Source of the DNA: Azolla caroliniana
Taxonomy: Eukaryota; Plantae; Polypodiophyta
Assembly: GCA_043228905.1 (NCBI GenBank)
Contig: JBHGNT010000012.1
Coordinates: forward strand, 2,604,001-2,668,000
Reading direction: 5' to 3'
DNA: 64,000 bases
The notes under the pieces were generated by a model. The model was not told where the DNA came from, searched no databases, and saw only the letters and a list, made by a program, of their open reading frames with translations. The translations under genes and the position numbers were made by a program. Each line of letters opens with the position of its first letter. Position 1 is the first letter of the stretch. Below, one piece after another: positions 38,371 through 50,950 of this stretch.

Positions 38371-41300
38371 AGAGGTAGTTGCCTCTGTGTATTACCGCCG
38401 CCTGTGGCGAAGACAGTGAGCTCAAGGTTGTTGCCTTGCAGCTTCACCAGTGTACATCCTTGTTCATAGTGATAGTTGGAGTTTGTGAACTCCCGTGGTT
38501 TTTCCCATTTAGGGTTTTCCACGTAAAATATCCAGTGTACTCTTCTCTCTACTGTCTACGTGCATTTTGTATTTCCTGTTTTCTGTGAGTTGATCCTATT
38601 CCTCGGTTGTGGCCGAGCACTGTTTTTCAACAAAGTGGTATCAGAGCAACGGTAACACAGAAAATGGAAGGCGGCAGCAGCGGGCAGCCGGGGATGATGG
38701 TGCTAAATGCGCAGAACTACGCCGACTGGAAGATAAAGATGGAGGATCTACTCATTGTTCGGGACCTGTATGAACCGATCGACAGGTCGGAAATACCCAA
38801 GGGGGTACTTGAGACGGAGTGGAGGCTTCTGAACCGGAAAGCCGTTGCAACCATTCGGCAATACGTCGACGTGAGCGTTCTACAACACGTGGCGAACGAC
38901 ACCAACGCATATGAGATGTGGAGGAAGCTGTCGGGCCTCTACGAGAGGAAGAATGCGTTGAACCGGACCTCCCTGATGAGAAAGATAGTGAACCTCAAGT
39001 ACCGGGACGGCGAGAGCATGGTGGAACACGTAAGCACGTTCATGGGATTCGTGAACCAGCTTGCGGCGATCAAGTTCCCGTTGGAGGATGCAATGCAAGC
39101 CATCATCCTGATGTGTACATTGCCGGACAGTTGGGAGAACTTGGTGGTGACTCTCAGCACCTCCTGCACCGAAGATAACTTGTCCCTACAAACGGTAAAG
39201 ACAAGTATTTTGAACGAAGAAGCGCGTCGGAGAGATAAAGAACCGGCCTCCGACTCGAAGGCGCTGCTTACCGAATCGGAACGGGGAAGACAATGGAACC
39301 GGAGTCCGCAAAGACGGGAGAAGTCGGGGACTCGGTCGCAGTCAAGAGGAAGACCCACATGCTTCCACTGTGGGAGCCGGGGCACTTCCGGAAGAATTGT
39401 CGGCATTACCGAAAAGACAACGGAGCCGACGACACCGATTCGAAGAAATCACCGGAGAGAAACGGTGCATACTGGGGAGCCACGGACCGGAGAGGTCTGG
39501 ATCGGCGAGGGCAGGACCGGAAAGGAACGACGGCACTCGCGGCAAGTGAAGAGGAGATCATGCTCATCACCGAAGAAGGTGAACTAAACATTGCCGGCGA
39601 TGAGACTACCTGGGTGGTCGATTCCGGAGCGTCGTTCCACCTGACCCCGGAAAGTAGATACTTCTCATCCTACACAGCCGGTGAACATGGCTGCGTTCGG
39701 ATGGGAAATGAAGGTACGTGCCGGATTGCCGGCATAGGAGACGTATGGTTGACAACCCCGACCGGATGCAAAATGCTGCTGAAGGATGTCCGACACGTTC
39801 CGGAGGTTCGATTGAACCTGATTTCGGCCGGGAGGCTAGACGATGAAGGCTACACAGGTAGCATCCGGAACGGTGTAATGAAGTTCAGCAAGGGAAGCCT
39901 GATAGTGGCTCGGGCCCGGAAAGTCAACACACTGTACCTTATGAATGCCTGGTTGTGTCCGGAAGAGCTGAATGTGGCAGCCGACACTGCCGGTGAGCTG
40001 TGGCACAAAAGACTGTGCCACATGAGTGAGAAGGGGATGAAGAGGCTTGCAGAAGACAACCTTATTCCAGTGAAGCATGTGCACCTGGAGAAGTGCACCG
40101 ATTGCCTGGCCGGTAAGCAGAATCGAACCTCCTTCCACTCAAGGCCACCAACGAGACGTAGCGCACCATTGGAGTTGGTGCACACTGATGTGTGTCAGGT
40201 AGAAACGAAGTCACATGGCGGAGCCCAGTACTTCGTGACTTTCATTGATGATCACAGCCGGAAGCTGTGGACGGCACCGTTGAAGACAAAGGACCAAGTG
40301 TTGTCCGTCTTCAAAGAACTCCACGCGAGAGTGGAGAGAGAATCCGGCAAGAAGCTGAAAGCGATACGAGCGGATAACGGAGGGGAATACCGGGGGCAGT
40401 TCCAGGAGTACTGTCGCTCGAAGGGAATCCGGCTCGAGTTTACTGTGCCGAAGACGCCGGAACTAAACGGGCTGGCCGAGAGGATGAACCGGACCATAAT
40501 GGAGAGGGTCCGGAGTATGCTGGCGCATGCGAAATTACCCAAGGGGTTTTGGGCTGAGGCAATGTCGACGGCGACATACGTGATAAACAGATCACCCTCA
40601 GTACCTTTGGACGGGGACACGCCGCAGAAAGTGTGGACCGGTAAGGAAGTGTCCTACCGGCATCTGAAGGTGTTCGGGTGTCTCGCATACGTGCATGTGG
40701 CAAAGGACCGGAGAGGAAAGCTAGATCCAAAGACCCGGCCATGCATATTCCTCGGTTACGGCGACGACGAGTTCGGCTACCGAGTATGGGACCCGGTTGA
40801 CAAGAAGATATTCCGGAGTCGTGACATCATCTTCATGGAGAACAAGACACTCGCCGACTGGGAGTCGGAGAAGAAGATGAAGAGCTCCAAGTCAACCGGT
40901 GAGGATCAACTTTATGAGGAGCAGTCCCGACCGGCAAGGGACCGGTTAGCACTCGAGGATCCGGTCGAAGACGGTGAAGAAACAGAACCGGCCGAAGAAG
41001 ATGAAAATGATACCGGAACCGGCCCCGATCCCGAAATGGATTCGGATGAAGAAGAAGAATCGGAAGAACCGATTACCGAAGCTCCCGAACGGAGATATCC
41101 TCTAAGAGAGAGGAGGGCCCCCCGGAGATTTCCGGATCCAGAGCACGTGCTGCTAACCGACGAGGGGGAGCCGGAGAGCTTTGAAGAAGCAAAGCACGAC
41201 ACCCAGAGCCGCAGGTGGTTGAGTGCCATGCAGGACGAGATGGATTCCCTGCATGAGAACCACACATATGAACTTGTGGAGTTGCCGAAAGGAAAGCGGG

Positions 41301-43117
41301 CACTTCGAAACAAGTGGGTGTTCAAGCTGAAACCGGGAGATGCCGGAAACCCCCCGAGATACAAAGCCAGGATCGTGGTGAAGGGGTTTCAGCAGAAGAA
41401 GGGCGTCGACTTCGACGAGATATTCGCCCCGGTAGTGAAGATGACCTCCATCCGGACGGTGCTGAGCATAGCGGCAAGCATGGACCTCGAGGTAGAACAG
41501 ATGGACGTGAAGACGGCATTCCTTCACGGTGACCTCGAAGAAGAGATCTACATGCAGCAACCGGAAGGATTCGAGAAGAAAGGGAAGGAGCACCTGGTAT
41601 GCCGGTTGAAGAAGAGCCTTTACGGACTGAAGCAGGCTCCCCGGCAATGGTACCGGAAGTTCGACTCCTTCATGACCGACGAAGGGTACCACAAAACGCA
41701 GTCTGATCACTGCGTGTTTGTGAAGAAGTTCGAAGGAGGAGACTCTCTAATACTCCTCCTGTACGTGGACGACATGTTGATCGTCGGACGGGACCAGGTC
41801 AAGATACGGACGCTGAAGAAAGCACTTCACCGAACCTTCTCAATGAAGGACCTGGGTCCGGCGAGGCAAATACTAGGGATGCACATCATCCGGGACCGGA
41901 AGAAGAGGCAGTTGTGGCTGTCACAGGAGAAGTACGTGACAAAGGTGCTTCACCGGTTCAACATGTCGGAAGCAAGACCGGTCGGATCAACCCTCCCGGC
42001 AAACTGCAAGTTGTCCAGCAAGCAAAGCCCCAAGACAAAGGCTGAGAAGGAGGACATGATGAAAGTACCATATGCCTCTGCCGTCGGAAGCTTGATGTAC
42101 GCAATGGTGTGTACAAGACCGGACATAGGATATGCAGTCGGAGTGGTGAGCCGGTACATGAGCAATCCCGGCAAAGAGCACTGGAACGCGGTCAAATGGA
42201 TACTCCGATACTTAAAGGGCACTTCGAACATGTGTCTCCGATTCGGCTCCGGTAAGCCCGAACTCGATGGATTTACCGATTCGGACATGTCGGCTGATGC
42301 GGATACCAGCCGGTCTACATCAGGGTATGTAATGACATATGCAGGGGGAGCTGTTTCGTGGCAATCGAGGTTGCAGAAGACGGTTGCGTTGTCAACCACG
42401 GAGGCGGAGTACATGGCGGCCGTTGAAGCCGGCAAGGAAATAATTTGGATGAAGGACTTCATTAGAGAGCTCGGTATCCGGCAGGAGGAGTACCGGCTCT
42501 ACTGCGACAGTCAGAGTGCCATCTACCTTGCGAAGAATGCGGCCTATCACTCCCGGACGAAGCACATCCAGCGAAGATATCACTGGATCCGGGAAAGGAT
42601 AGAAGACGAGGAGTTCGCGCTGACGAAGATCCACACGGACGAGAACGGGTCGGATATGCTAACCAAGGTGCTCACACCCGACAAGCTGGAAGCATGCCGG
42701 AAGAGGATCGGATTGGAGAGACATCCCATGCCGAAGTGAAGGGGGAGTTTGTTGGGATTTCGGTCCCTCCGGATGGGATGTCCGGAGATGAATGATGGCA
42801 AGCCCGGTTGCGGTTACGGAACCGGATGATGAAGAATACCCGGTATGAAGCCGGATGAAGAGTACCCGGATACGGATTCGGATGATGAAGACCCCGGCTA
42901 CGGAGCCGGATGCTGAAGACCCCGACTACGGAGCCGGATGACGAATGTACCCGGAGAGAGATCCGGATGCGGGGACATATTTGTGAATATGTTTTGCCAA
43001 GAGCCCTTGAGGCTATATTTATAAATAAGCCCGAAAGTCATATGTGTATAAATATGACTTAGGGCAAACAGTTTGTTGTTGTTACTCATTTCTTTTATGC
43101 GAAGTGAGAGAGCAGCC

Positions 43118-43172
<55 letters not shown>

Positions 43173-43434
43173 AGAGGTAGTTGCCTCTGTGTATTACCGC
43201 CGCCTGTGGCGAAGACAGTGAGCTCAAGGTTGTTGCCTTGCAGCTTCACCAGTGTACATCCTTGTTCATAGTGATAGTTGGAGTTTGTGAACTCCCGTGG
43301 TTTTTCCCATTTAGGGTTTTCCACGTAAAATATCCAGTGTACTCTTCTCTCTACTGTCTACGTGCATTTTGTATTTCCTGTTTTCTGTGAGTTGATCCTA
43401 TTCCTCGGTTGTGGCCGAGCACTGTTTTTCAACA
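37954..43434 (+). mobile_element. Ty1/Copia LTR retrotransposon H (Tnt1/Tto1-like), young, full length
   Basis: LTRs 37954-38632 and 42750-43434 differ by about 5 substitutions plus (AG)n length. TSD CAAGT on both sides; PBS 38636-38647; PPT GAAGGGGGAG. Confidence 0.98.
38664..42739 (+). pseudogene. Copia H gag-pol polyprotein with one frameshift in the zinc knuckle
   Basis: Gag ORF from ATG 38664 shifts frame near 39375 (CFHCG/PGHFRKNC) into the 1148-aa PR-IN-RT-RH ORF, which is otherwise open. Confidence 0.95.
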
Positions 43435-45300
43435 CAAGTGTCTTTTGGCAGACCGCTTTCGGTCCCTTCGGCATCAGATGGGCGTAACGACAAACCAGTC
43501 CGGTTAGAGCCGGACACAGCGCAGGATGGTTTCAGACAACCGACATCAGTTCCTTAATGATCGGCTTCAACTCTTCCGACCCGACCAGTCCGGCCTTCTG
43601 CCTTCGGACCCTGCCGACTCGAACAAAACTGATATGTCTGAGAACCTAGGTTTATACCTGTAATCTTAGATAACCCATGTATACGCCCATTACGGGGGAG
43701 TGTCGAATACAAGTGTATAATGGACGTATTCACACTATCCCTTTGTATAGCTCAAGTCTGGGCCATTTGTGTAATTAGCATAAATGGTAGTTGCCCTAAG
43801 TTTGTCACTATATAAAGTGACCTAGTAACCTTTTTGTAAGGTTGGTTGTATTATTGTTTCTATTGAATAGAAAGAGTCTTTTGTGCCTCCTTCTCTCTCT
43901 CTCTCTCTATCTCTGTGCACGATCTTGGAAACTGTCATACGCAGGTACTCAACCCCAATCGAATGCTACTTGGTCTTCCGCATTGACGGCCTTGTCTTCA
44001 ACAAGTTCCTCCGGATGGGACTGGATCGGGCAAGCCGAAGGAAGGAACTGGACTGGATGGGTCCAAAGGTACCCAGATACCGGATCAGATGGATCCAGAA
44101 GGAGTCTGACCGGATTTGGTATGAACCAATAAATAGGAACATATAAATAAATATGTTCAGACGTGACCGTTGAGGTCATATTTGTGAATAGCCCTAAAGT
44201 TATATAAGTATAAATATAACTAGGACAACAATGTTTATGCAAGGTTGTTATTGTTGTACAGAGATACAATGAGTGAGAGAGACACAGAAAGGTTTCTGTT
44301 GTAACTGCCGGTCGACGAAGATATAGAGCTCTAGGTCGTTGCCTCCGAGTCTCCTGTTGTATCCTCCCTCTCATAGTGATAATTGGATTCTGTGGGCTCT
44401 CTTTGCCCTAGTTATATTTATACTTATATAACTTTGGGGCTATTTACAAATATGACATCAATAGTCACATCAGAACATATTTACTAATATGTCTGGCTGG
44501 ATACCTTCCGGATCCATCTGATCTGGTTTCCGGATACCTCCTGGATCCATCCGGTCTGGTTCCTTCCTTCGACTCCTCCGCTCTGGCTCGTCCGAATCTC
44601 ATCAGGAGGGATTGGTTTCCCAACAAACTCCCCCTTCACTCCAACGTGGGATGTCTCGTCAGTCCGATTTGTCTCCGACATGCATCCAAGTCTTCGGTTG
44701 ATAGTACCTTGGTCAACATGTGCAACCTGTTCTCCATTAGAGCAAAGTCTTTGTCTTCTACCTTCTCGTGGACCAAGCGATATCTCCTCTGGATGTGCTT
44801 GGACCGGGAATGGTAGGCAATATTCTTCGCGAGGTGGATGGCACTTTGATTGTCGCAGTAGAGCTAGAATTCCTCCTGCCAGATCCCTAACTCTTCGATG
44901 AAGTCCTTCATCCAAATTGCTTCCTTGTGCCAGGAGTAGTACTAAAGTAGAGAGAGAATTAGTACTAAAGAAGAGAAGTACTATTAGTACTAAGAGGATG
45001 GGACTGCGTAAGATTCCCGAGAGAGAAAGAGAGAAGAGGAGAGAGAGATAGCGAGGATGAGAGTGAGAGAGAGATGATGATAACAACTAATATATTATGT
45101 GAAGGATAAGTACAAAGCGGCTAAGAGGCTTAAGACTGGCGTTGAACCAATTTGGTTCAAAGCAATGCGTTGTGCCTCCTTTTATAGTGCTCTCAGGAGT
45201 AGTCCTGAAGCTTTTAGAATGTTCTAGAGAAATTTGGAATATACATTAACTTCTTATAATAAAGTATAAATGAAAATAATATCTTACAAATTACAATAGA

Positions 45301-45360
45301 TGGTGTGATGGTTAAGAGCTCGACCCATATACCATAAGGTCATGGGTTCGAGTTTTGCCA
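45301..45360 (+). promoter_or_regulatory. tRNA-like Pol III A-box/B-box module at the U3 edge of Tcn1-like LTRs
   Basis: TGGTGTGATGG (A box) and GGTTCGAGT (B box) at canonical tRNA spacing. Also present at about 63400-63460 on the minus strand. Confidence 0.55.
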
Positions 45361-45806
45361 TATCATGACACTATCCCCCCTTAAGACGACGAGTGGAACG
45401 AGTCGACGTTGATTGAGGACCGGGTTTATCGGGATACTGTCGGTGAAAAGCAGCAAGAAGATCCTGAGCATTGGCGACATGCTCGACGGGCTCCCAAGTA
45501 CGTTCACTCGGACTATAGCCGAGCCAATCGACCAAATAATAAAGTTTGTTGCGAACAAATTTGGAGTCGAGGATGGCAGCAACATATCATGACACTATCC
45601 CCCCTTAAGACGACGAGTGGAACGAGTCGACGTTGATTGAGGTCTGGGTTTGTCGGGATACTGTCGGTGAAAATAAGCAAGAAGAACTTGAGCATTGGCG
45701 ACATGCTCGACGGGCTCCCAAGTACGTTCGCTCGGACTATAGCCGAGCCAATCGACCAAATAATAAAGTTTGTTGTGAACAAATTTGGAGTCGAGGATGG
45801 CAGCGA
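45359..45806. repeat. Tandem duplication, 2 x ~224 bp, of chromodomain end, PPT and first 12 bp of LTR
   Basis: CATATCATGACACTATCCCCCCTTAAGACG...GGATGGCAGC at 45359 and 45583. Confidence 0.92.
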
Positions 45807-48800
45807 CTTCATACTCCGGGCCGACGTCTAACTCAAGCGGGGGATATTCGAATTGTCGGTAGTCCATTCCTGGTTGTTGAGACTGGGAACAGGATGCCCG
45901 AGAGGTATCAATGTACGCCAGAATGTCTTGAGCAAAATTGCCCGTCTTCAAGTTCGCACGTATGGTGTCGGTAATCTGGGAATCCATTGGGGTGTGAAAA
46001 ATCCGCGTTGTGTGTAATCGTGTTGGTCCCAAGATTACTTGCTTTTGATTATCGAACGCTGGATCACCAAGACAAGGTGCAAGATATGAATGCCGTGATA
46101 GTGCATCTGCCTTTCCTTGACGCTTCCCCGATCGATATGCGATTTTGAAATCAAAACGTGTGAGAAATTGAGCCCACCTAGCTTGCCGTCGATTTAGCAC
46201 ACGAGCGTTTTGGAAATAAGAAAGATTCTTGTGATCACCGAAGACAATGACTTGATGTGGAGAGCCCTCCAAAAAATGCCGCCATTGCACAAATGAATCC
46301 ACGATGGCTAACAACTCCTTGTCATGTATTTCATAGTTGATTTCCGTAGCATCGAATTTGCACGAATGGAAAGCCACAGGATGTAACTCTTCTTTATCTC
46401 CTTCTTGAGAAAGGATGCTACTGAGGGCGAAATCTGATGCGTCGGCCTACATGATGAATGGTTTGCTTGTATCCACATGAGCTAGAATAGGTGTTGATGT
46501 AAAGGCTTTCTTAAGATGCCGAAAAGCCATGTCCGCTTCATTGGACCAAAGAAATGCTTGTCCCTTCCTCGTAAGTTGTGTGAGAGGTAAAATAATCTTC
46601 GAGTAATCCTGTATAAACTTGCAGTAGAAGTTAGCAAAACCTAGAAAACATTGTACATCTTGTACTGACCGTGGAATTTGCCACTCTAGCACAGTTTGGA
46701 CTTTAGCTGGATCCATGGAGATGCCCTTTGAGGAGATAACGTAGCCTAGAAATTCCACTTGCTTGTAGTCAAAGCTACATTTTTCTAGCTTGGCATAAAG
46801 ACCATTCTCGCAGAGTCGGTTTAGTACTAATAGTACATGAGAATCATGCTCTTCCTGGGTCTTCGAATAAATCAATAGATCATCCAGATAGATGATCAAA
46901 CAGATATCCAAGGGGTCTTTGAGTATATCATTTGCCATGTGTTGGAAGATTCCAGGTGCATTGGTTAGACCGAACGGCATAACAGTATATCCGAAATGCC
47001 CATACCGCGTGCGAAAGGCGGTCTTCCATTCATCTCCCGGTCGGATCTGCACGAGGTTATACGCTCCTCGTAGATCGTTTTTTGTAAAATCTTGGCACCA
47101 TTAACTCGCTCTAAAAGACTTGATATAAGAGGAAGTGCATACCTATTCCGGATGGTGACCTTATTTAAGCCGCGGTAATCAACGACGAGTCGAAGTGAGC
47201 CATCTTTCTTCTTGACAAAGAAGATGGGTGCTCCGACCGGCTTGCCAAGTTCTCCTCTATGTAGGCTCGAAGGACTTCTAACTCGGTGGGTGACAAGTTG
47301 TAGATTGGTCCCCATGGTGGCTCTGCTCCTGGTTGTAAATCGATGGGACAATCGTAGGGACGATGATGAGGAAGAGTACCGGCTTTTATCTTGTCAAATA
47401 CGTCGGCATAAGGATGATATTTCACCGGAAGTTGCACTAAGGATTCCTCCTTAATATTGGTTGAAGGATGTACTGATATGGCAAATAGGAACATTGCCTC
47501 CTTGTGTCCTTCGCATAGTTGACGTAGTGAAATGGTCGAAACTCGATGAGTAGATTCTTGGGGTTGTCGATATCGGACTCCCCTTGTTCTCCAATCTATG
47601 TCTAGATTATGTAGTTCAAACCAAGGTAATCCTAGGACAATGGGATGCTCTGAACTACAAATTATATTAAATGATACTACACACACAAAACTACCTAGGA
47701 CAACCTGAATGGGTTTTGACTCTTCTACAATATTCCTGGAAGCAATGGGACGACCATCAATGACTACTACAGATGCGGGGCAAGGAAGTTTTCTTAAGGA
47801 TATATGAGAAGCTTGGGCAAAATTTCGATCCATGAAACAGGAATTGGCTCCGGAATCTAAAAGTGCTAGGACTTGTACTGGGGGAGTACTTTTAGTACTA
47901 ACGATGACTTGGGCTAGGAACACATTGCTAACTTGCTTGGAGGGAATGGAACTAGTAATGGAATGTACATATCTAGGGCTGTCCAACCAAACGGCTCCTA
48001 TTTTGGCTGGACTCAATTGTTTAACTCTTCATCTAATTGACTAAGGATTTCAAATTTGTTTGAGATACTTGGGCTATTAGTACTATTAATACTATAAGAG
48101 ACTCTATTAGTACTATTAATACTATCAGACACTCCTAAGGGAAGAATTGACTCGGGTTTAGTACAGACTACGATTTGATTTACCTGTCTTCTTGGCCTAT
48201 GGGGACAATTGATTGCGATATCCCCTGGTCCACTGCAATAAAGACATAATTGATTTGCACGACGTCGTTGCTTTTCTTCTTCCGATAACGGGCCACATCG
48301 ACGCATGGTGTCAATCTCCATCGGTGTCGGAGTATTTGGTTGAGGTACGTCGTGTGCGAACGCTTTAGCCGCGACTGAGGCATATGTGGGCTCTGGCCTA
48401 GAGCGTGGTATTTGTAATTGACGTTCGGAACGCCGTTCGAAAAGATGGTTGTCACATCAGACTACTCGACTGATTGCCTCCGTAAGAGACTTTGGTTCTT
48501 CGGGGAAGGTTAAAAGTAAATCTTTTACATCGTTTCGCAGGCCGTATCGAAACTGCTCTATTAGTGCCTGATCATCCCAGGGGATATCTGAGGCGAGTAG
48601 ATGGAAATCCGCCGCGTAGGCAGAGGCTGGACGATCGCCTTGATGCAATTGTTGGATCTTGTTGATCGCCGTCCTGATGCTGTCGGTGTCTCCAAAGCAG
48701 GCTTTAAACTCACTAATAAAATCTTCAAAGTTATTAAGCAAGGGCGATTGTTTTTCTAGAAGCAGAGCGAACCATGCTAAGGTTGAGCCACTAAGCAACG

Positions 48801-49170
48801 TGCCTATTAGGCCGACTCGGGATGCATTAGTGGGGTATCGGGAAGGATGCATTTGGATGACTAATTGTACCTGATTAAGGAATCCCCTGGATTGCGATTG
48901 CGTTCCATCAAATTTCACAGGAAGTCCAATCTTTGGCTCTTTATGAAATCCTTGGGGACTTGATCCTTGTTGTTGCAATGCTGCTTCGAGTTGTTGTACC
49001 CGTAATGCTAACTCCCCATGTTGTTGCTGCGTTTGTTGTTTTTCTAGAGCGATTTGTTGCAGATCTCCTATCAGCCGTTGGTTTTCTTGTTCCAAGGCAA
49101 CAAATTTTTCTTTTAGGCACTATAGCTCGGAGAAAATGGATTGATATTCTTGGGCGCTAACAGTAGGCAT
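45595..49170 (-). pseudogene. K gag-pol: capsid, zinc knuckle, protease, RT, RNase H, chromodomain
   Basis: [43 protein letters not shown]...YLDDLL, EINYEIHDKELLAI, EYEVAAILDS...YYLVDWLGY...RTWEP. Several stops and frameshifts. Confidence 0.93.
47974..48025 (-). promoter_or_regulatory. Putative programmed -1 ribosomal frameshift signal between gag and pol of K
   Basis: G_TTA_AAC, 6-nt spacer, 11-bp stem GTCCAGCCAAA/TTTGGTTGGAC; loop TAGGAGC can pair with downstream GCCCTA. Pol is in the -1 frame. Confidence 0.75.
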
Positions 49171-50950
49171 AGTATAGGGAAAAGGGTAGGAGGATGAGGG
49201 AGAACGACAAGTAGGCTTGAGGAGAAAATTGGTTCAAACTGTCACGAATAGTACTAAAGCAGAGAGAGAATTAGTACTAAAGAAGAGAAGTACTATTAGT
49301 ACTAAGAGGATGGGACTGCGTAAGATTCCCGAGAGAGAAAGAGAGAAGAGGAGAGAGAGATAGCGAGGATGAGAGAGAGAGAGATGATGATAACAGCTAA
49401 TATATTATGTGAAGGATAAGTACAAAGCGGCTAAGAGGCTTAAGACTGGCGTTGAACCAATTTGGTTCAAAACAATGCGTTGTGCCTCCTTTTATAGTGC
49501 TCTCCGGAGTAGTCTTGAAGCTTCTAGAATGTTCTAGAGAAATTTGGAATATACATTAATTTCTTATAATAAAGCATAAATGAAAATAATATCCTACAAA
49601 TTACAATAGATGGTGTGATGGTCATGGGTTCGAGTCTTGCCATATCATGACACCTTGTTGGCTTCTACAACTGCCATGTACTCCCCTTCCATTGTCGACA
49701 ATGCCACTGAGTTGTGCAGTCTTGACTGCCATGATACCACTCCCCCTACATAGGGCAAACTGTGCCCACCGAGCTTGTCTCCTATTTAACACTCGAGCCA
49801 TTTGAAAATATGTAAGATTTTTGTAATCACTATAAATGATTATTTGATGAGGCGATCCTTCCAAGAAGTGTTGCCATTGCTCGAAAGAGCCAACCACAAC
49901 TAGTAACTCCTTGTCATGCAGCTCATAGTTTATCTCCGCAGTAGTAAATTTTCTTGAGTGAAACACGATTGGATGGGACTGGCCGTCCTTGCCTGGTTGG
50001 TATAGGATAATCCCCAATGCAAAGTTTGATGCATCCGCTTCAATCGTAAATGGCTTTTTGGGATTTGCAAAACTTTGTCGAAGATTATGTTCGTACAGTG
50101 ACACCTGTTGTCGAGCCAAAATACCCAGGCATCATCCTTATGGCTTGTTACAACCATTACCGCCTCCAACCAAGCCATGGCAGTCTATTTCTATGGATTT
50201 CATTACGGATCTGCCACCTTCAAAAGGATTTGATACCATTTTAACAGTAGTGGATCGGTTTACCAAGATGGCACATTTTTTACCATGTGTAAAGAGTATC
50301 AATAGTCAGGAAACCGCATATATCGTTATGTGTGAAGTATTTCGCCATCATGGTCTTCCAGACGATATAATTACTGATCGTGGTCCTCAATTTATCTCTC
50401 ACTTTTGGAAGCACCTATGGACATGCCTCAAAATCTACTGCAAACTCTCTTTGGCTTATCATCCACAAACCGACGGACAAACAAAGCGCACAAATCAAAC
50501 GCTCGAGCAATATTTTCGATGCTTCATCAGTTATCAACAAGATGATTGGAGCAATATTCTACATCTTGCTGAGTTTGCATACAATAACATGGTACAGGGT
50601 GAAAGCATGCGAGTGGAAACAATTAGCTATGTCCTTGACATAGCTAATTAGCTATGCAAAAAGCTACCATTGATAAATAGTCATTTTAGTAAAAAGCCAT
50701 CATTAATAAATTAAGTATGCAAAAAACTACCATTGAAAATACTAGAGTGTTTTAATTACATATGTAAATGAGTGCCATAAATGTGCAACATAAATTGATG
50801 TGTGCACCATAAATGTGTACCATAAATTATATATCGAATTCCTAGGTCCATTATGCATGATCCTTTGCCACATCACGTAGGCCATCTCTAGTTGAGTACT
50901 GTGGGTTAGTTGCTACCACTGTTGCTAAACCCTATCGAGTCCACCTGCCG

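Larger units (their letters stand above)
33990..43507 (+). pseudogene. Copia D gag-pol (33990-37953 plus 43440-43507)
   Basis: Near-identical to the C polyprotein. Nonsense codons at 35925 and ~36309. The C-terminus MTK|CLLADRFRSLRHQMGVTTNQSG* is split by H. Confidence 0.95.
33178..44003 (+). mobile_element. Ty1/Copia LTR retrotransposon D (same family as C), hosts H
   Basis: LTRs 33178-33482 and 43701-44003; TSD AGTTC on both sides; PBS 33485-33496; PPT GGGGGAG. Confidence 0.97.
33161..44400 (+). repeat. LTR I (H/J-related), split by D; own sequence 33161-33177 plus 44009-~44400
   Basis: TGTTTGGAAACAAGTTC|CTCCGGATGGGA... rejoins across the D TSD and resembles the J LTR start TGTTGGGAAACCAATCCCTCCTGATGAG. 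Confidence 0.7.
44928..49652 (-). mobile_element. Ty3/Gypsy chromovirus K (Tcn1-like), integrase core deleted
   Basis: LTRs 49240-49652 (5') and 44928-45370 (3'); TSD CCTTG on both sides; PPT GGGGGGATAG; non-tRNA PBS GTTTGAACCAATTTT. Confidence 0.95.
44403..49753 (-). mobile_element. Copia J 3' fragment (H-related RNase H, PPT, partial 3' LTR), split by K
   Basis: Minus strand reads YVGGVVSWQSRLHNSVALSTMEGEYMAVVEANK (49653-49753) then EAIWMKDFIEELGI... (44640-44927). PPT and LTR start at about 44624; LTR truncated at about 44403. Confidence 0.85.

Noticed and set aside
39836-42801. Many antisense and alternate-frame ORFs over Copia pol genes
   Set aside because: Expected by-products of GC-rich coding sequence, with no independent motifs.
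45301-45372. A functional tRNA gene
   Set aside because: No acceptor stem and a weak T stem; it is part of an LTR, so it is reported only as a tRNA-like module.
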